A stretch of DNA of 64,000 bases from Candidatus Sulfomarinibacteraceae bacterium (GCA_963714885.1 CAVQQV010000049.1:1177-65176), one strand, 5' to 3'. Positions 1-11,327 are shown, counted from the first letter of the stretch. Translations and numbers: made by a program. Notes: generated from the sequence alone by a model not told the origin.

Positions 1-1
1 C

Positions 2-1846
2 GACGTACTGGTCCTGACCGGGGGCGACTGGGTTGGAGTGACGGCCAACGGCGATGACGACGGCAACGTCGTGCTGGCCGCCTGGGAACGCAGCGGCCGT
101 CTGGACCTGTGGTCGTGGGACGCCGACGACGAGGTGTGGCAGCCGGTGCCAGCATCGGACATCATCACGAACGTGTCCCTGGCAGCGGTCGCCGAAGGCC
201 TCGAGGCGTTGGCGGTGATCGACACCACAGGAGGACTTCATCTCTACCGCCTGCCGGGTCTGGAGACGGTCGATGTGATCGGGGTCGAGGGACCGGTGGC
301 GGCCGTCCGCTTCCTCATCGGCGGCGGATCGTTGGCGGTCGCCGGCCGCGACGGGTCGGTCGGTGTGCTGCTCGAGATTCCGCGCGTCAAGGTCGTGAAC
401 AACGGGAGCCGGGCGCTGCGGGTGGAAGGGCTGGATATCGGCCCCGGCGAGGCGGCGCTGGTCGCCGACAACGAGGTCGGATCGAAGCTGGCTTCGCGCA
501 GTGACCTCGTGCTGGAGTCGGCGCCGCCGCGGTGGCGGCGGGTTCGGGATCTCGCAGGCGTCACCGGCGTGCCGACCGTGATCGCGCCGGAGGACCGGCG
601 CCGCGGATTTGCGGTCGGGACCAGCGACGGATCGGTGGCCCTCTACTACTCGACCTCCGCGCGGCGACTGCTCGAGGATCGCTGGACGAACCAGGCGGTG
701 CATGCCCTCACGGTCGATCCCAAGGGTGACGGAGCGGTGGTGGTGGCGGGCGGCGAGGTCCTGCGTCGTTCGATCGACAACCCCCACCCAGAAATCAGCC
801 TGCGAACCCTCTTCCTGCCGGTGTGGTACGAGGGTTACGCGGCGCCGCGGTTCGTGTGGCAGTCCACCGGCGGCTCCGACGCCTTCGAGCCCAAGCTCAG
901 CCTGTGGCCGCTGATCTTCGGGACGCTCAAGGCCACCCTGTACGCGATGCTGTTCTCGGTGCCACTGGCCTTGATGGCTGCGGTCTACGTTTCACAACTG
1001 GCACCGACGTGGTTGCAAACGATGGTCAAACCGACCATCGAGCTGATGGCCGCGGTGCCGTCGGTGGTCGTCGGTTTTCTTGCAGCGCTGTGGTTGGCGC
1101 CGCGTCTGGAGGCCGCGCTGCTGGCGGTGTTGCTGGGTGCGATCGGTCTTCCGTTGGTGGTGATTCTCTCGCTCACCGCCTGGCGGCTGGTCCCCGCACC
1201 GCTGCGGCGCCGGATGCCCGACGGCGCCGAGTTGCTGGTGCTGCTGGCCGCCGGCGCGGCGGTACTGGCCGCGGCAGCCGCGCTCGCCGGACCGATCGAG
1301 GTCCGCCTCTTCGGCGGGGACTTCCAACGCCACCTCTTCACCGAGTGGGGGCTGCGCTACGACCAGAGAAACGCCATCGTCGTCGGTCTCGGTCTCGGTT
1401 TTGCGGTCATCCCGGTGATCTTCACCATCGCCGAGGACGCCTGCTCGGCGGTACCGCGGGCCCTGGTCAACGCGAGCCGTGCCCTCGGCGCCACCCGCTG
1501 GCAGACGGCATTGAAACTGGTGGTGCCGGCCGCCAGCCCGGGTCTTTTCGCGGCGGTGATGTTGGGTCTCGGCCGCGCCGTCGGCGAGACCATGATCGTC
1601 CTCATGGCGGCGGGAAACACCCCGGTCCTCGATCTGTCGCTCTTCAACGGCATGCGGACCATGGCGGCAGCGATCGCAGTCGAGATCCCGGAGGCGCCGG
1701 TCGGCGGCACCCTGTTCCGGGTGCTCTTTCTCACCGGCATCCTGCTCTTCGCCTTCACCATGGTCCTCACGACCGCCGCCGATCTGGTCGGCAGTTATCT
1801 TGAGAAAACGCTATGCACGGTTCTGACGCCGCCAAGCCCGCCATGA
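2..1846 (+). CDS. pstC: Phosphate ABC transporter permease PstC, long form with N-terminal beta-propeller-like domain (5' end outside window; probable 1-nt insertion near 1800)
   Basis: Motifs [72 protein letters not shown]. Frame is open from position 2. Removing one T near 1800 gives the end GSYLRKRYARF* at 1826. Confidence 0.93.
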   Translation, partial: DVLVLTGGDWVGVTANGDDDGNVVLAAWERSGRLDLWSWDADDEVWQPVPASDIITNVSLAAVAEGLEALAVIDTTGGLHLYRLPGLETVDVIGVEGPVAAVRFLIGGGSLAVAGRDGSVGVLLEIPRVKVVNNGSRALRVEGLDIGPGEAALVADNEVGSKLASRSDLVLESAPPRWRRVRDLAGVTGVPTVIAPEDRRRGFAVGTSDGSVALYYSTSARRLLEDRWTNQAVHALTVDPKGDGAVVVAGGEVLRRSIDNPHPEISLRTLFLPVWYEGYAAPRFVWQSTGGSDAFEPKLSLWPLIFGTLKATLYAMLFSVPLALMAAVYVSQLAPTWLQTMVKPTIELMAAVPSVVVGFLAALWLAPRLEAALLAVLLGAIGLPLVVILSLTAWRLVPAPLRRRMPDGAELLVLLAAGAAVLAAAAALAGPIEVRLFGGDFQRHLFTEWGLRYDQRNAIVVGLGLGFAVIPVIFTIAEDACSAVPRALVNASRALGATRWQTALKLVVPAASPGLFAAVMLGLGRAVGETMIVLMAAGNTPVLDLSLFNGMRTMAAAIAVEIPEAPVGGTLFRVLFLTGILLFAFTMVLTTAADLVGSYLEKTLCTVLTPPSPP

Positions 1847-3483
1847 CCGGCACTCGAAGCGGTCTCCCCTCCGGGCTCGCCGGAGTATGGACGACGGCGC
1901 TCGCGACCCTCGCCGTGCTCGCGATGTTGGCGGCCCTCGTGTGGATCGTGGCGGTCAACGCCTTTGGCTGGTTCTGGCCGGCCCGGGTCACCGAGCTCAT
2001 TTTGGCCGACGGTTCGACGCTGGTCGGCAGCGTCGTGGCGCGGGAGGAGCGCCCGGTCGAAACCGGTGATCAGCTTGTGGTAAAGCACCGCATCCAGCTC
2101 AAGACCGGCAACCGCGAGCTCACCGGGGCGGATTTCGTGTGGGTCGACGAGAGCGAGATCGTCAGCCGATCCACCCCCCGCGATCTGGTGCGGGTGGTGC
2201 GCACGGAGTACGGCGACGCCTTCGGGCGCATCGCAGCGGCCCTGGCGGCGGACGGACGCTCGCTGAATGTGGCCTCCGAGGTTGAGATCGGCGAACTTCT
2301 GGATCGGGGAGAGCAGTGGCGGCGCGAGCGGCAGCGTCTGGAGAAGGAACGCGAGCACCTCCGCAGGCCGCTCTCCGAACTCGAGGAGCGGCTCGATACG
2401 GCGGAGCGTTCGGCGCGGGCGGCGACACCGGAAGGCGTCGCTGATCTGGCCGAACTCGAGGCCGCCGTGGATGGTGCGGCGGAGCGGCTCTCCGCCCAGC
2501 TCGATGCGCTGCAGCTCGAGATCGACGGCCTCGACGGGTTGATGCGCAGTGCACGGCTGGTCCTGCGGTCGGGGTCGGAGGATATCGAGGTGCCCATGGG
2601 CAACGTCCTCGAGGTTCTGTGGCCCAATCGATTGGGTTTCGCCGGCCGCGCCGTCCAGGCGGTGCGTGAAGGCGTGCTCTTCCTGTTCACTGAGCCGCGA
2701 GAGGCCAATACCGAGGGCGGCGTCTTTCCGGCTCTGTTCGGAACCGTGCTGCTGGTCCTCTTGATGAGCGTGGCGGTGGTTCCGCTGGGGGTGGTGACGG
2801 CGGTCTACATGACCGAGTACGCGCGCCCCGGGATCCTCCTGCGTCTCGCCAACCAGGCCGTCAACAACCTCGCGGGGGTGCCCTCCATCGTCTTCGGGAT
2901 GTTCGGCCTCGCCTTCTTCGTCTACGAGGTGGGCGGCGCCATCGACACCGCGTTCTTCGCCGACCGGTTGCCGACACCGACCTTTGGTACGGGCGGGTTG
3001 TTGTGGGCGGCGCTGACGCTCGCCATCATGACGGTCCCGGTGGTGGTGGTGGCGACCCGCGAGGGCTTGATGGCGGTGCCCCAGAGCTGGCGCGACGGCT
3101 CGCTGGCCCTCGGCGCCACCCGCTGGCAGACCCTCAAGAAGATCATCCTGCCGGCGGCGATGCCGGGCATCCTGACCGGGTTGATTCTGGCGGTGAGCCG
3201 CGCCGCCGGCGAGGTGGCGCCGCTGATGCTCACCGGCGCGGTCAAACTGGCGCCGAGCCTGCCGGTTGACGGCGTGCCGCCGTTTCTCCACCTGCAGCGA
3301 AAATTCATGCACCTCGGCTTCCACATCTACGATGTCTCCATGCAGTCGCCCAACGTCGAGGCCGCCAAACCCATGGCCTTTGCGACCACTCTGGTGTTGC
3401 TCGCCCTGGTGGTGCTCTTGAACCTGACGGCAATTATCGTGCGTCGTCGTCTGCGGCGAGCGTACAGAGGACAGGTTGTGTAA
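1843..3483 (+). CDS. pstA: Phosphate ABC transporter permease PstA, long form with coiled-coil periplasmic insert
   Basis: [53 protein letters not shown]; lies between pstC and pstB. ATG 1843 chosen over 1813. Confidence 0.94.
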   Translation: MTGTRSGLPSGLAGVWTTALATLAVLAMLAALVWIVAVNAFGWFWPARVTELILADGSTLVGSVVAREERPVETGDQLVVKHRIQLKTGNRELTGADFVWVDESEIVSRSTPRDLVRVVRTEYGDAFGRIAAALAADGRSLNVASEVEIGELLDRGEQWRRERQRLEKEREHLRRPLSELEERLDTAERSARAATPEGVADLAELEAAVDGAAERLSAQLDALQLEIDGLDGLMRSARLVLRSGSEDIEVPMGNVLEVLWPNRLGFAGRAVQAVREGVLFLFTEPREANTEGGVFPALFGTVLLVLLMSVAVVPLGVVTAVYMTEYARPGILLRLANQAVNNLAGVPSIVFGMFGLAFFVYEVGGAIDTAFFADRLPTPTFGTGGLLWAALTLAIMTVPVVVVATREGLMAVPQSWRDGSLALGATRWQTLKKIILPAAMPGILTGLILAVSRAAGEVAPLMLTGAVKLAPSLPVDGVPPFLHLQRKFMHLGFHIYDVSMQSPNVEAAKPMAFATTLVLLALVVLLNLTAIIVRRRLRRAYRGQVV

Positions 3484-4343
3484 TGGAAAGTCCACAGCAT
3501 TCGACCGATAGCCACGACGGCGGGCCAGGCGTGGGGACGACCGTCTCCGTAGTGCCATCCAACGCCAGGGCGGAAGAGTATTCGAGCTCTGACAACGCGC
3601 TCACAAGCCGGGATCTGCACCTCTACTACGGCGAGACCCACGCCCTCAAGGGCATCGACCTCGCCATGCCGGCGCGCCGGATCACCGCCCTGATCGGTCC
3701 CTCGGGGTGCGGCAAATCGACCTACCTCCGGTGCTTCAACCGGATGAACGACATGATCGATGGCGTGCGGGTCGAGGGCCGGGTCACGGTGGAGGGGGTC
3801 GACATTTTCAGCCCGGACATCGACCTCGAGAGTCTTCGCAAGCGGGTGGGGATGGTCTTCCAGAAGTCCAACCCCTTTCCCATGTCGATCCGCGAGAACA
3901 CCAGCTACGGCCCCCGCATGACCGGCGTGCGCGGACGCGGTCACCTCGATGACCTGGTGGAAAAGTCTCTCCGTCAGGCCGACCTCTGGGAGGAGGTTCG
4001 GGACCGGCTCGACAACTCCGCTCTCGACCTCTCCGGCGGCCAGCAACAGCGGTTGTGCATCGCCCGCGCCCTCGCCAACGAGCCGGATATCCTGCTCCTC
4101 GATGAACCCGCGTCGGCCCTCGACCCGATCTCCACCGCCAAGATCGAGGAGACCCTCCTCCAACTCAAGAAGAACTACACCATCGTCATCGTCACCCACA
4201 ATCTGCAGCAGGCCGCGCGGATCGCCGACCTCACGGCCTTCTTCATGCTCGGCGAGTTGGTCGAGGTCGACGACACCACCACCATGTTCACCAACCCGAA
4301 ACAGCGAATCACCGAGGAGTACATCACCGGACGATTCGGTTGA
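3483..4343 (+). CDS. pstB: Phosphate ABC transporter ATPase PstB
   Basis: Walker [39 protein letters not shown]-terminal [10 protein letters not shown]. Confidence 0.97.
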   Translation: MESPQHSTDSHDGGPGVGTTVSVVPSNARAEEYSSSDNALTSRDLHLYYGETHALKGIDLAMPARRITALIGPSGCGKSTYLRCFNRMNDMIDGVRVEGRVTVEGVDIFSPDIDLESLRKRVGMVFQKSNPFPMSIRENTSYGPRMTGVRGRGHLDDLVEKSLRQADLWEEVRDRLDNSALDLSGGQQQRLCIARALANEPDILLLDEPASALDPISTAKIEETLLQLKKNYTIVIVTHNLQQAARIADLTAFFMLGELVEVDDTTTMFTNPKQRITEEYITGRFG

Positions 4344-4382
4344 TGAGGATGTACTTTGAGATAAGCTCCTAGGAGACCACAG

Positions 4383-5054
4383 ATGCACCGGCAATTCGAA
4401 GTAGAGCTCGACGAAATCAAACGCACCATCCTGTCGATGGCGGGTCTGGTCGAAAAATGTCTGGACGATGTCTCCGCGGCGCTCGCCAACCAGGACAATG
4501 AACTGGCCGAGGCGGTCATCGCCATGGACGAGGAGATCGACCAGCGCGAAGTCGAAATCGACCGGCTGGCGACCGAGTTCATCGCCCGCTACCAGCCCAC
4601 CGCCACCGACCTCCGATTCGTCATTGTCGCCATCAAGCTCGGCCCCGAACTCGAACGCATCGCCGACAACGCGGTCAACATGGCGGAGCGGATCCTCCAC
4701 CTCTCGAAGTACCCCCTGGTCAAGCCCCTGATCGATCTGCCGCGGATGCTCGGTCTCGCCCACGCCATGGTCACCGACGCCATCGCCGCGTACGTGGCGC
4801 GCGACGGCAAGGCGGCGCGCGACGTCATCCGCCGCGATGACGAGGTGGATGCGCTGTATCTGCAGATCTTCCGTGAGCTCCTGAGTTATATGATCGAGGA
4901 CCCCAAGACCATCTCCCGGGCCATCGATCTCATCTTCATCGCGCGTTTTGTGGAACGGGTCGCCGACCAGGCCACCAATATCGCCGAGGAAGTGGTCTAC
5001 CTGGTCGAGGCGAAGCCCATCCGCCACGTCTACCCCATCCCCGAGAGCCTGTGA
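4383..5054 (+). CDS. phoU: Phosphate signalling protein PhoU
   Basis: QPTATDLR, ELERIADNAVN, DDEVDALY, ERVADQATNIAEEV; SD GGAG upstream. Confidence 0.96.
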   Translation: MHRQFEVELDEIKRTILSMAGLVEKCLDDVSAALANQDNELAEAVIAMDEEIDQREVEIDRLATEFIARYQPTATDLRFVIVAIKLGPELERIADNAVNMAERILHLSKYPLVKPLIDLPRMLGLAHAMVTDAIAAYVARDGKAARDVIRRDDEVDALYLQIFRELLSYMIEDPKTISRAIDLIFIARFVERVADQATNIAEEVVYLVEAKPIRHVYPIPESL

Positions 5055-5055
5055 G

Positions 5056-5742
5056 ATGGTTCGCGAACGCCTCACCCTCGTCGAAGACGACCCCGATCTC
5101 GCGACGTCCTTGACCCTGGCGCTCGAACGCGACGGCTTCGAGGTCTCGCGGTACGCCACCGGCCGCGCAGGCCTCGAGGGCATCCTCGAGAGTCCCCCCG
5201 ACCTGGTGTTGCTTGACCTCAACCTCCCCGACCTCGACGGGCTCGGGGTGTGCCGGGAGATCCGGGGCACCACGGCGGTGTCCGATCTGCCGATCATCAT
5301 CCTCACCGCGCGGGTGACCGAGAGCGACCGCGTTCTCGGGCTCGACCTCGGGGCCGATGACTACATCACCAAGCCCTTTTCGCTGCGCGAGCTCAAGAGC
5401 CGCATCCGGGCCCTGCTGCGGCGGCGGAGTCTCGACGGCGGGGTGCCCGAGGACGAGTACGGGGACGCGCGGCTCCACATCTCCCGCGGCGCGATGGAGA
5501 TCCTGCTCGACGGTCAGCCCGTCCGCCTCACCATGCGCGAGTTCGAGCTCTTGTGGTACCTGGTAGTGACGCGGCCGCGCGTCGCCTCGCGCGAGAGCAT
5601 TCTCGAACGGGTGTGGGGGCTGTCGAGCGACATCGAGACGCGAACCGTGGATGTCCACGTGCGGGCCCTCCGCAAAAAGCTCGGGTCCGTAGTCGTCGAG
5701 ACCGTCATCGGCGCGGGCTATCGTTTTCGCGGCTACCCATGA
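5056..5742 (+). CDS. phoB: OmpR/PhoB-family response regulator (PhoB)
   Basis: Receiver (VEDD, DLNLP, GADDYITKPFS) plus winged helix (TRTVDVHVRALRKKL, ETVIGAGY); true start ATG 5056; follows phoU. Confidence 0.85.
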   Translation: MVRERLTLVEDDPDLATSLTLALERDGFEVSRYATGRAGLEGILESPPDLVLLDLNLPDLDGLGVCREIRGTTAVSDLPIIILTARVTESDRVLGLDLGADDYITKPFSLRELKSRIRALLRRRSLDGGVPEDEYGDARLHISRGAMEILLDGQPVRLTMREFELLWYLVVTRPRVASRESILERVWGLSSDIETRTVDVHVRALRKKLGSVVVETVIGAGYRFRGYP

Positions 5743-7016
5743 AACGCCGCCGGCACCTCCTGACCGCCTTTTTCGCAGGGCTGCCGCTGTTGGTGCTGGT
5801 TCTGTTCGAGGCCGGGGGCCGGGGTGGTGTTTCAATCGGGTTGGCGGTGGCGCTGTGGGCGGGTGCGGTGCTGATCCTCGAGACCTTGACCTGGCGGTTG
5901 CTGGCGGCGCCGGTGCGCGAGATCATGCGCGACCTCGGCGTCGACACCGTGCGCGAGGCTCGCGGGGTGCTGCAGAGGCTGCGGTCCGGCGCCGCCAGCT
6001 GCGAATCCGAGCGAGCGGAGATGAAGTCGCTGCTCGAAGACCTCACCTCGAGCCTCGGCGATGGCCTGTTGGTGGTCTCATCTGCGCTCGAAATCCGCTT
6101 GATCAACCGGGTGGCGCGGCGCTTCTGCGGCGTCGAAACGGTGGCGCTTGGAACCCACCTGTTGGAAATCCTCCGCAACCCGGGCGCGGTCCGGGCGGTG
6201 GAGGGTGCGGTTGCGGGCGATGCCACGGACGCCGTGATCATCGAAAACCGCCGCGGCCTGTGGGAGGTCCACGCCTTTCCGGTTCGCGGCGGCGGGGCGG
6301 TCGTGCTGCTCACCGACGTCGGGCTGGTCCGCCGCGCGGCCGAGCTTCGCCAGCGCTTCGTCCAGGACCTCTCGCACGAGCTGCGGTCGCCGCTGACCGT
6401 GCTGCGGACGACGGTCGAGGCGCTCGAGGACGAACTCGATCCGCGTCTCGCCGCGATGCTGGTTCACCAGGTGGAACGGCTCGACCGCCTCACCGTGGAA
6501 CTGTATGACCTCGCGACCATCGAGGCCGGGCAGATGGAGCTGCAACTCGAAGACCTGCCGGTTGCGAGCACGGTGGAGGAGGTGGTGAGGGACCTGCGGC
6601 CGGAGGCCGAGCGGGCGGAGGTCGGGGTGCGGATCGACGCCGACGAAAGTCTCAGGTGTTGGTGCGACCGGCGCGGGCTCTACCGGGTCCTGCGCAACCT
6701 GGTCGACAACGCCATCAAGTACAACCACCGCGGCGGGTGGGTCGAGATCAGAGCGTATGGCGATGCAGGTGTTCCCGTGTTCGAGGTCGAGGACAACGGC
6801 GAGGGTATCCCGGCGGCCGAGCTCAAGGCGGTGTTGCAGCGTTTCTACCGCGTCGATCGCGCGCGGACGCCGGGAGACGGCGGTCTCGGTCTCGGTCTCG
6901 CCATCGTCAAGCACATGGTGCAGGCCCTCGGCGGGAGCCTCGATCTCGATTCAAGAGAAGGCGTCGGCACCACCGTGACCGTGCGCCTCCTGCCGCCGCC
7001 GGACGGAAACGTGTAG
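5739..7016 (+). CDS. phoR: Sensor histidine kinase PhoR-like
   Basis: N-terminal TM, PAS-like region, H-box DLSHELRSPLT, NLVDNAIKYN, RFYRVDRAR, GLGLGLAIVKH; ATGA overlap with phoB. Confidence 0.85.
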   Translation: MKRRRHLLTAFFAGLPLLVLVLFEAGGRGGVSIGLAVALWAGAVLILETLTWRLLAAPVREIMRDLGVDTVREARGVLQRLRSGAASCESERAEMKSLLEDLTSSLGDGLLVVSSALEIRLINRVARRFCGVETVALGTHLLEILRNPGAVRAVEGAVAGDATDAVIIENRRGLWEVHAFPVRGGGAVVLLTDVGLVRRAAELRQRFVQDLSHELRSPLTVLRTTVEALEDELDPRLAAMLVHQVERLDRLTVELYDLATIEAGQMELQLEDLPVASTVEEVVRDLRPEAERAEVGVRIDADESLRCWCDRRGLYRVLRNLVDNAIKYNHRGGWVEIRAYGDAGVPVFEVEDNGEGIPAAELKAVLQRFYRVDRARTPGDGGLGLGLAIVKHMVQALGGSLDLDSREGVGTTVTVRLLPPPDGNV

Positions 7017-7129
7017 GGCCAGTCTCCCCAGTTTTTCGGGCGGGACAGGTCCCGCCCCTACAGCCGAATAGTGACATCCTGGCAGGGGCGGCAAACATGC
7101 CGCCCGCGTGTGATGTCGAATTTTCGGAA

Positions 7130-7825
7130 TCACTCGTCGTCGGTCATGTTCCCCAGGTCGTCCTCGCGAAAACCGATGCGGTCGAAGGGGTTGACGACGC
7201 TCGATGCGATGTTCATGAGGTGGGCCGAGATCCGTTTGAGAAAGCGCACGTAAAGCGCGGTGCTCACCGCCTCGCTGCACACCAGATCGGGGTTGGCGCG
7301 CACGATGAGGGCGTTGAGGATCGCGTCGGCGCGGCGGGCGATCCACCAGTGCTCCGACATGACCTCCTTGGCCTTGGCCTCGTCGGCCTTCGGCAGCGCC
7401 TCGATGAGCAGGGTGAACATGGTCTTGACCGTGGTCTCGATCTTGCGGACATCGGGCTCGAGGGTGCCGCAGTCGAGCTTGCCGGGGTGGCGCAGGGCGA
7501 GATCGACGATGTTTTTGGTGAGATCGCCGATGCGTTCGATGTCGATGACGATGCTGACCAGGGCCAACCCGGCGGCGATGCTGCGGCTCTCGGACAGCGC
7601 GAGATGGGTCAGAACCTTGCGCCGCACCTCACGCTCGTAGGCGTTGATCATCTGGTCCTTGGCGTAGATGTCGAGCTCGATCCTCGCGTCGTTGTGTTCG
7701 CGCAACGAGCTCGCGGCCGCGAGAAACATCTCACGGTCCTCCTTGAGCATCTCGAGCGATCGGTCGTACGCCTGCTGAAGCATGTTTTCCTTGCGGAACA
7801 ATTCAAAAAATTGTTTGAACATCAT
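7130..7825 (-). CDS. PhoU-domain phosphate transport regulator
   Basis: DQMINAYEREVRRKV, DIERIGDLTKNI, RFLKRISAHLMNIASSVVNP; abuts the Na/Pi cotransporter gene. Confidence 0.85.
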   Translation of the reverse strand: MMFKQFFELFRKENMLQQAYDRSLEMLKEDREMFLAAASSLREHNDARIELDIYAKDQMINAYEREVRRKVLTHLALSESRSIAAGLALVSIVIDIERIGDLTKNIVDLALRHPGKLDCGTLEPDVRKIETTVKTMFTLLIEALPKADEAKAKEVMSEHWWIARRADAILNALIVRANPDLVCSEAVSTALYVRFLKRISAHLMNIASSVVNPFDRIGFREDDLGNMTDDE

Positions 7826-8959
7826 TCACCTCAAAATCAGGATCGCACCCAGGGGCACGGCGTAAAAGCACACCAGGACATAGGCGATGGCCAACCACCG
7901 GTGGGAGGCCGCGACGACCGCGAAACGCCGTGCGAGATTCAGGGGTATCCGCCGAATGGCCGGAATCGGCCAGATCAACGCGATTCCGCAGATATTGAAG
8001 AGCAGGTGGGCGAAGGCAACCGTGACCGCGCTGACCTCGCCGACGGCGAGCGCCGCAAGCATGGCCGTGATGGTGGTGCCGATGTTGGCGCCGAGGGTAT
8101 AGGGGAAGATCTGAATCAGGCTGAGGATCCCGGCGCCGGCGAGCGGAACGGCGAGCGAGGTCGTGATGCTCGAAGACTGCACGAGAACGGTAATCAACAG
8201 TCCGAAGATCATGGCGCGGCCGGCGTTGGCGAACAACGTGCTGTCGAAGAACGACTCGACGCGCCCGATGACCAGGGCCTTGAGGAAAACCACCAGGTAG
8301 CGAAGCGAGGAGAACATGATGACGAGGGCGAAGATCAACATCAGCCAGGGGTGGCCCTCGAGGGCATCGGCTGCGGCCTTCACGGCCGGACCGGTGAGCA
8401 TTTTCAAGGGGCTTGCGAAGGTCAGACCGCCGACCTCGGCGAAGAGTTCGGCCATACGTGACGACAAGACCCCCAGAAAATTCGTCGTCACCTGCAACGG
8501 GAAGAGCATGACGACCGCGAAGATGTTGAAGAAGTCGTGGATGGTCGAAGCGGAAAAGGCGCGTTCGAATTCTCGACCACGGCCGATGTGACCGAGGCTG
8601 ACGAGGGTGTTGGTGACCGAGGTGCCGATGTTGGCGCCCATGACGATCGGGATCGCGGTCTCGATGGGCATGCTGCCGCCGCCGACCATGGCCACGACCA
8701 ACGAGGTGGTCGTTGATGACGATTGGACGAGGGTGGTGGCCAGAATGCCGACGAAGAGGCCCAGCAGGGGGGCGGACGCGCTCTCGATGAGGTTGCCGAC
8801 CATGCCCCCGGAAAACATCTTGAACGCTCTGCCAAGCATCCCGATGCTGACCAAAAAACCGTAAAGGAGGAGGAGAAGCGTGAAGACCCGTGGGGCCAGC
8901 GCGCCCCACCTTCTGGTCGTTGATTCAGTCGAGTCTCGCATTGAGTCGGTGGCCGTCAT
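7826..8959 (-). CDS. Na+/phosphate cotransporter (NptA/SLC34-like)
   Basis: Two repeats of the QSSS and GANIGT signature (LVQSSSTTTS...MGANIGTSVTN; LVQSSSITTS...LGANIGTT). Confidence 0.93.
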   Translation of the reverse strand: MTATDSMRDSTESTTRRWGALAPRVFTLLLLLYGFLVSIGMLGRAFKMFSGGMVGNLIESASAPLLGLFVGILATTLVQSSSTTTSLVVAMVGGGSMPIETAIPIVMGANIGTSVTNTLVSLGHIGRGREFERAFSASTIHDFFNIFAVVMLFPLQVTTNFLGVLSSRMAELFAEVGGLTFASPLKMLTGPAVKAAADALEGHPWLMLIFALVIMFSSLRYLVVFLKALVIGRVESFFDSTLFANAGRAMIFGLLITVLVQSSSITTSLAVPLAGAGILSLIQIFPYTLGANIGTTITAMLAALAVGEVSAVTVAFAHLLFNICGIALIWPIPAIRRIPLNLARRFAVVAASHRWLAIAYVLVCFYAVPLGAILILR

Positions 8960-9047
8960 TGCCTGAACTATCTCCAGACCACCGGTCGTTGATGGCCAGG
9001 TTCGGTCACCGTATGGTAGCAGCCTCTTCCCCGTGAAGGCGGGCCCC

Positions 9048-11327
9048 TCAGGCCGAGAGGGCGGAGTCAACAGCGGCGCCGCCCCCGTTCTCCTGGCCCG
9101 GTCTGAACGGGTCGTCAAAGACCGACAGCAGACTCTGCGTCTGTTCGGCGATCTTGAGGCAGTCCCACGCCAGGGAGTAGGAAAGGATGCTCAACCGGGT
9201 CTTTGACGAGTTGTCCTGGATGCGACGGATCTGGTTGTGGTCGAACTCCTCCACCAGCCGGCGGAGCTCCGCGGTCAGGTCAGAGATCGATTCAACATTC
9301 GGTTTGGCCTTCTGCGACATCGCCTCCGAGGTGCGATCGAGAATCTCGAAAACGATGTGCGTCATGCGGTCGAGTTCCTCGATCTGACTTGGCAGCAATC
9401 CCGAGTGCTGGTTGACGACGTGAACGTAGGCCCGCATGACGACGTCGCGGACGCTCTCGCTCATCTCCTGGAGCGAGCTGATGGTCTTGGCGAACCTCGC
9501 GGTCTCGGCGGTCGTGTTCTGGCGGCTGAGCAGACGGAGGACCTTGAAGATGTTGGCGGCGATGATGTTGGACCACCGCTGAAGCTCGCGCTGCCGCTCG
9601 CGGGCGACCTTGATGGTCGGACGGTCGAGGGTGAAGAGACCCCTGAACGCCGCGTCCAGAATTCCGCGGACCTCGCGCAAGAAGATCGACGTGTGTTCGA
9701 AGGTGGTGCGGGCCGCCGCCTGGGCGTCGGTGATCTTACGCAGGTTGAAGACGTCGAGGGCCTTCTCCTCCTTCTCGCGAACCTTGTGGAGGCGGTGGGT
9801 ACCCATCAGCAGGGCGACTGCGAGGATCCCGATGGCAATCACCGCCAGCACGCCGCCGAAGTGGATGGCGACCGCGAAGACCGCCGCCACCGTAAAGGCC
9901 ATCATGGCGGTGAAGAACCAGCCGCCGATCACCGCCAGCACCCCGCTGACCCGATAAACGGCGCTCTCGCGGCCCCACGCCTGGTCCGAAAACGAGGTGC
10001 CCATAGCCACCATGAAGGTCACGTAGGTTGTCGACAAGGGCAGTTTCAGGGATGTTGCCAGCGAGATCAGTGCGCTGGCAACCATCAAATTGACCGCGGC
10101 GCGCACCATGTCGAACGAGGGCACGGTGCCGTCGGCCGCCGGCGCGGGTCGATACCGCGACCGGTCGAGACGGTGATTCGCCCACTTGCGGATCGGGCGC
10201 GGGGCGACGCGCGAGGCGATCTCGAAGATCGAGGACACCAGCCGCACGATGGAGCGGGACAGAGCCGTCGACTCGAACCGTTCGTATCCTTCCTCCTGGC
10301 GCCCGAGCCGAACCTCGGTTCGGGTCACGGTCTGAGCCTTGCGGGAGACCCACAGGGTGATGACCATGATGACGCCGGCCAACAGGAGAAAGAGGGTGTT
10401 GGAGTGAACCGGCTTGGTCAGCGCCTCCATGGTCGCCGTCAGCGGATCGGCGGTAGCGTTGGCCACGACGTAGGCGCTGAGACCGGCGAGGGGTACCCCG
10501 ATGAAGTTGACGAGGTCGTTGGCGGCAAAGGCCATGGCGAGAGCGAATGTGCCGACCAGAACCACCACCTTGAGGGCGTTGACCCGCGCCACCATCGCCA
10601 GCAGCTGGAGGAGGATGGCAGACGCCACGAACGAGCCCATCAGGATGGTCCCGGTGTGGGTCTTGATCCACGCCAGGGTCTCTGGAGTGATGAAGGAGGC
10701 CCCTTTCGCGCCCTTGATGATGATGAAGTAGGTGATGGCCGCCAGGGCTGCGCCGCCCCACAGGGCGCCGTACTTCTTGAGCCGCTTTTCGAAATCGAAG
10801 GTGAAGAGCAGACGGGTGGCGATCTGGACGATGGCGCCGACCGCGAACGCGATCACCACCGACAACAGGATCCCGGAAATGATGGCCAGAGCCTTGCTGG
10901 TGTTGATGTAGGTGACCACGTCGGCGATGCTGGCCCCGGCCTGGACGATCTTGAGGAGCGAAACGGCGACCGCTGCGCCGAGCAGTTCGAAGACGATGGA
11001 AACCGTGGTCGACGTCGGCAGCCCGAACGTGTTGTAGAGGTCGAGCAGGATGATATCGGTGAGCATGACGGCGAGAAATATCGTCATCAACTCGGGCATG
11101 GTGAAGAACTGGGGGTTGAAGATGCCCTTGCGCGCCACCTCCATCATGCCGCTCGAAAAGGTCACGCCGGCCATCATGCCGAGGCTGGCGATGATCATGA
11201 TGACCTGGCGGGGGGCCACCTTCGAACCGATCGACGAGTTGAGGAAGTTGACCGCGTCGTTGGAGACGCCGACGACGAGATCGGAGATGGCAAGAGCGAA
11301 CAGGACGACGATTGCGAACTCGAACAT
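9048..11327 (-). CDS. Inorganic phosphate transporter (PiT/PHO4 family) with C-terminal PhoU-like helical domain
   Basis: VGVSNDAVNFLNSSIGS, GLPTSTT, AFAANDLVNFIG, LPLSTTYVTFMVAMG; start at MFEFAIVV (11327). Confidence 0.9.
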   Translation of the reverse strand: MFEFAIVVLFALAISDLVVGVSNDAVNFLNSSIGSKVAPRQVIMIIASLGMMAGVTFSSGMMEVARKGIFNPQFFTMPELMTIFLAVMLTDIILLDLYNTFGLPTSTTVSIVFELLGAAVAVSLLKIVQAGASIADVVTYINTSKALAIISGILLSVVIAFAVGAIVQIATRLLFTFDFEKRLKKYGALWGGAALAAITYFIIIKGAKGASFITPETLAWIKTHTGTILMGSFVASAILLQLLAMVARVNALKVVVLVGTFALAMAFAANDLVNFIGVPLAGLSAYVVANATADPLTATMEALTKPVHSNTLFLLLAGVIMVITLWVSRKAQTVTRTEVRLGRQEEGYERFESTALSRSIVRLVSSIFEIASRVAPRPIRKWANHRLDRSRYRPAPAADGTVPSFDMVRAAVNLMVASALISLATSLKLPLSTTYVTFMVAMGTSFSDQAWGRESAVYRVSGVLAVIGGWFFTAMMAFTVAAVFAVAIHFGGVLAVIAIGILAVALLMGTHRLHKVREKEEKALDVFNLRKITDAQAAARTTFEHTSIFLREVRGILDAAFRGLFTLDRPTIKVARERQRELQRWSNIIAANIFKVLRLLSRQNTTAETARFAKTISSLQEMSESVRDVVMRAYVHVVNQHSGLLPSQIEELDRMTHIVFEILDRTSEAMSQKAKPNVESISDLTAELRRLVEEFDHNQIRRIQDNSSKTRLSILSYSLAWDCLKIAEQTQSLLSVFDDPFRPGQENGGGAAVDSALSA

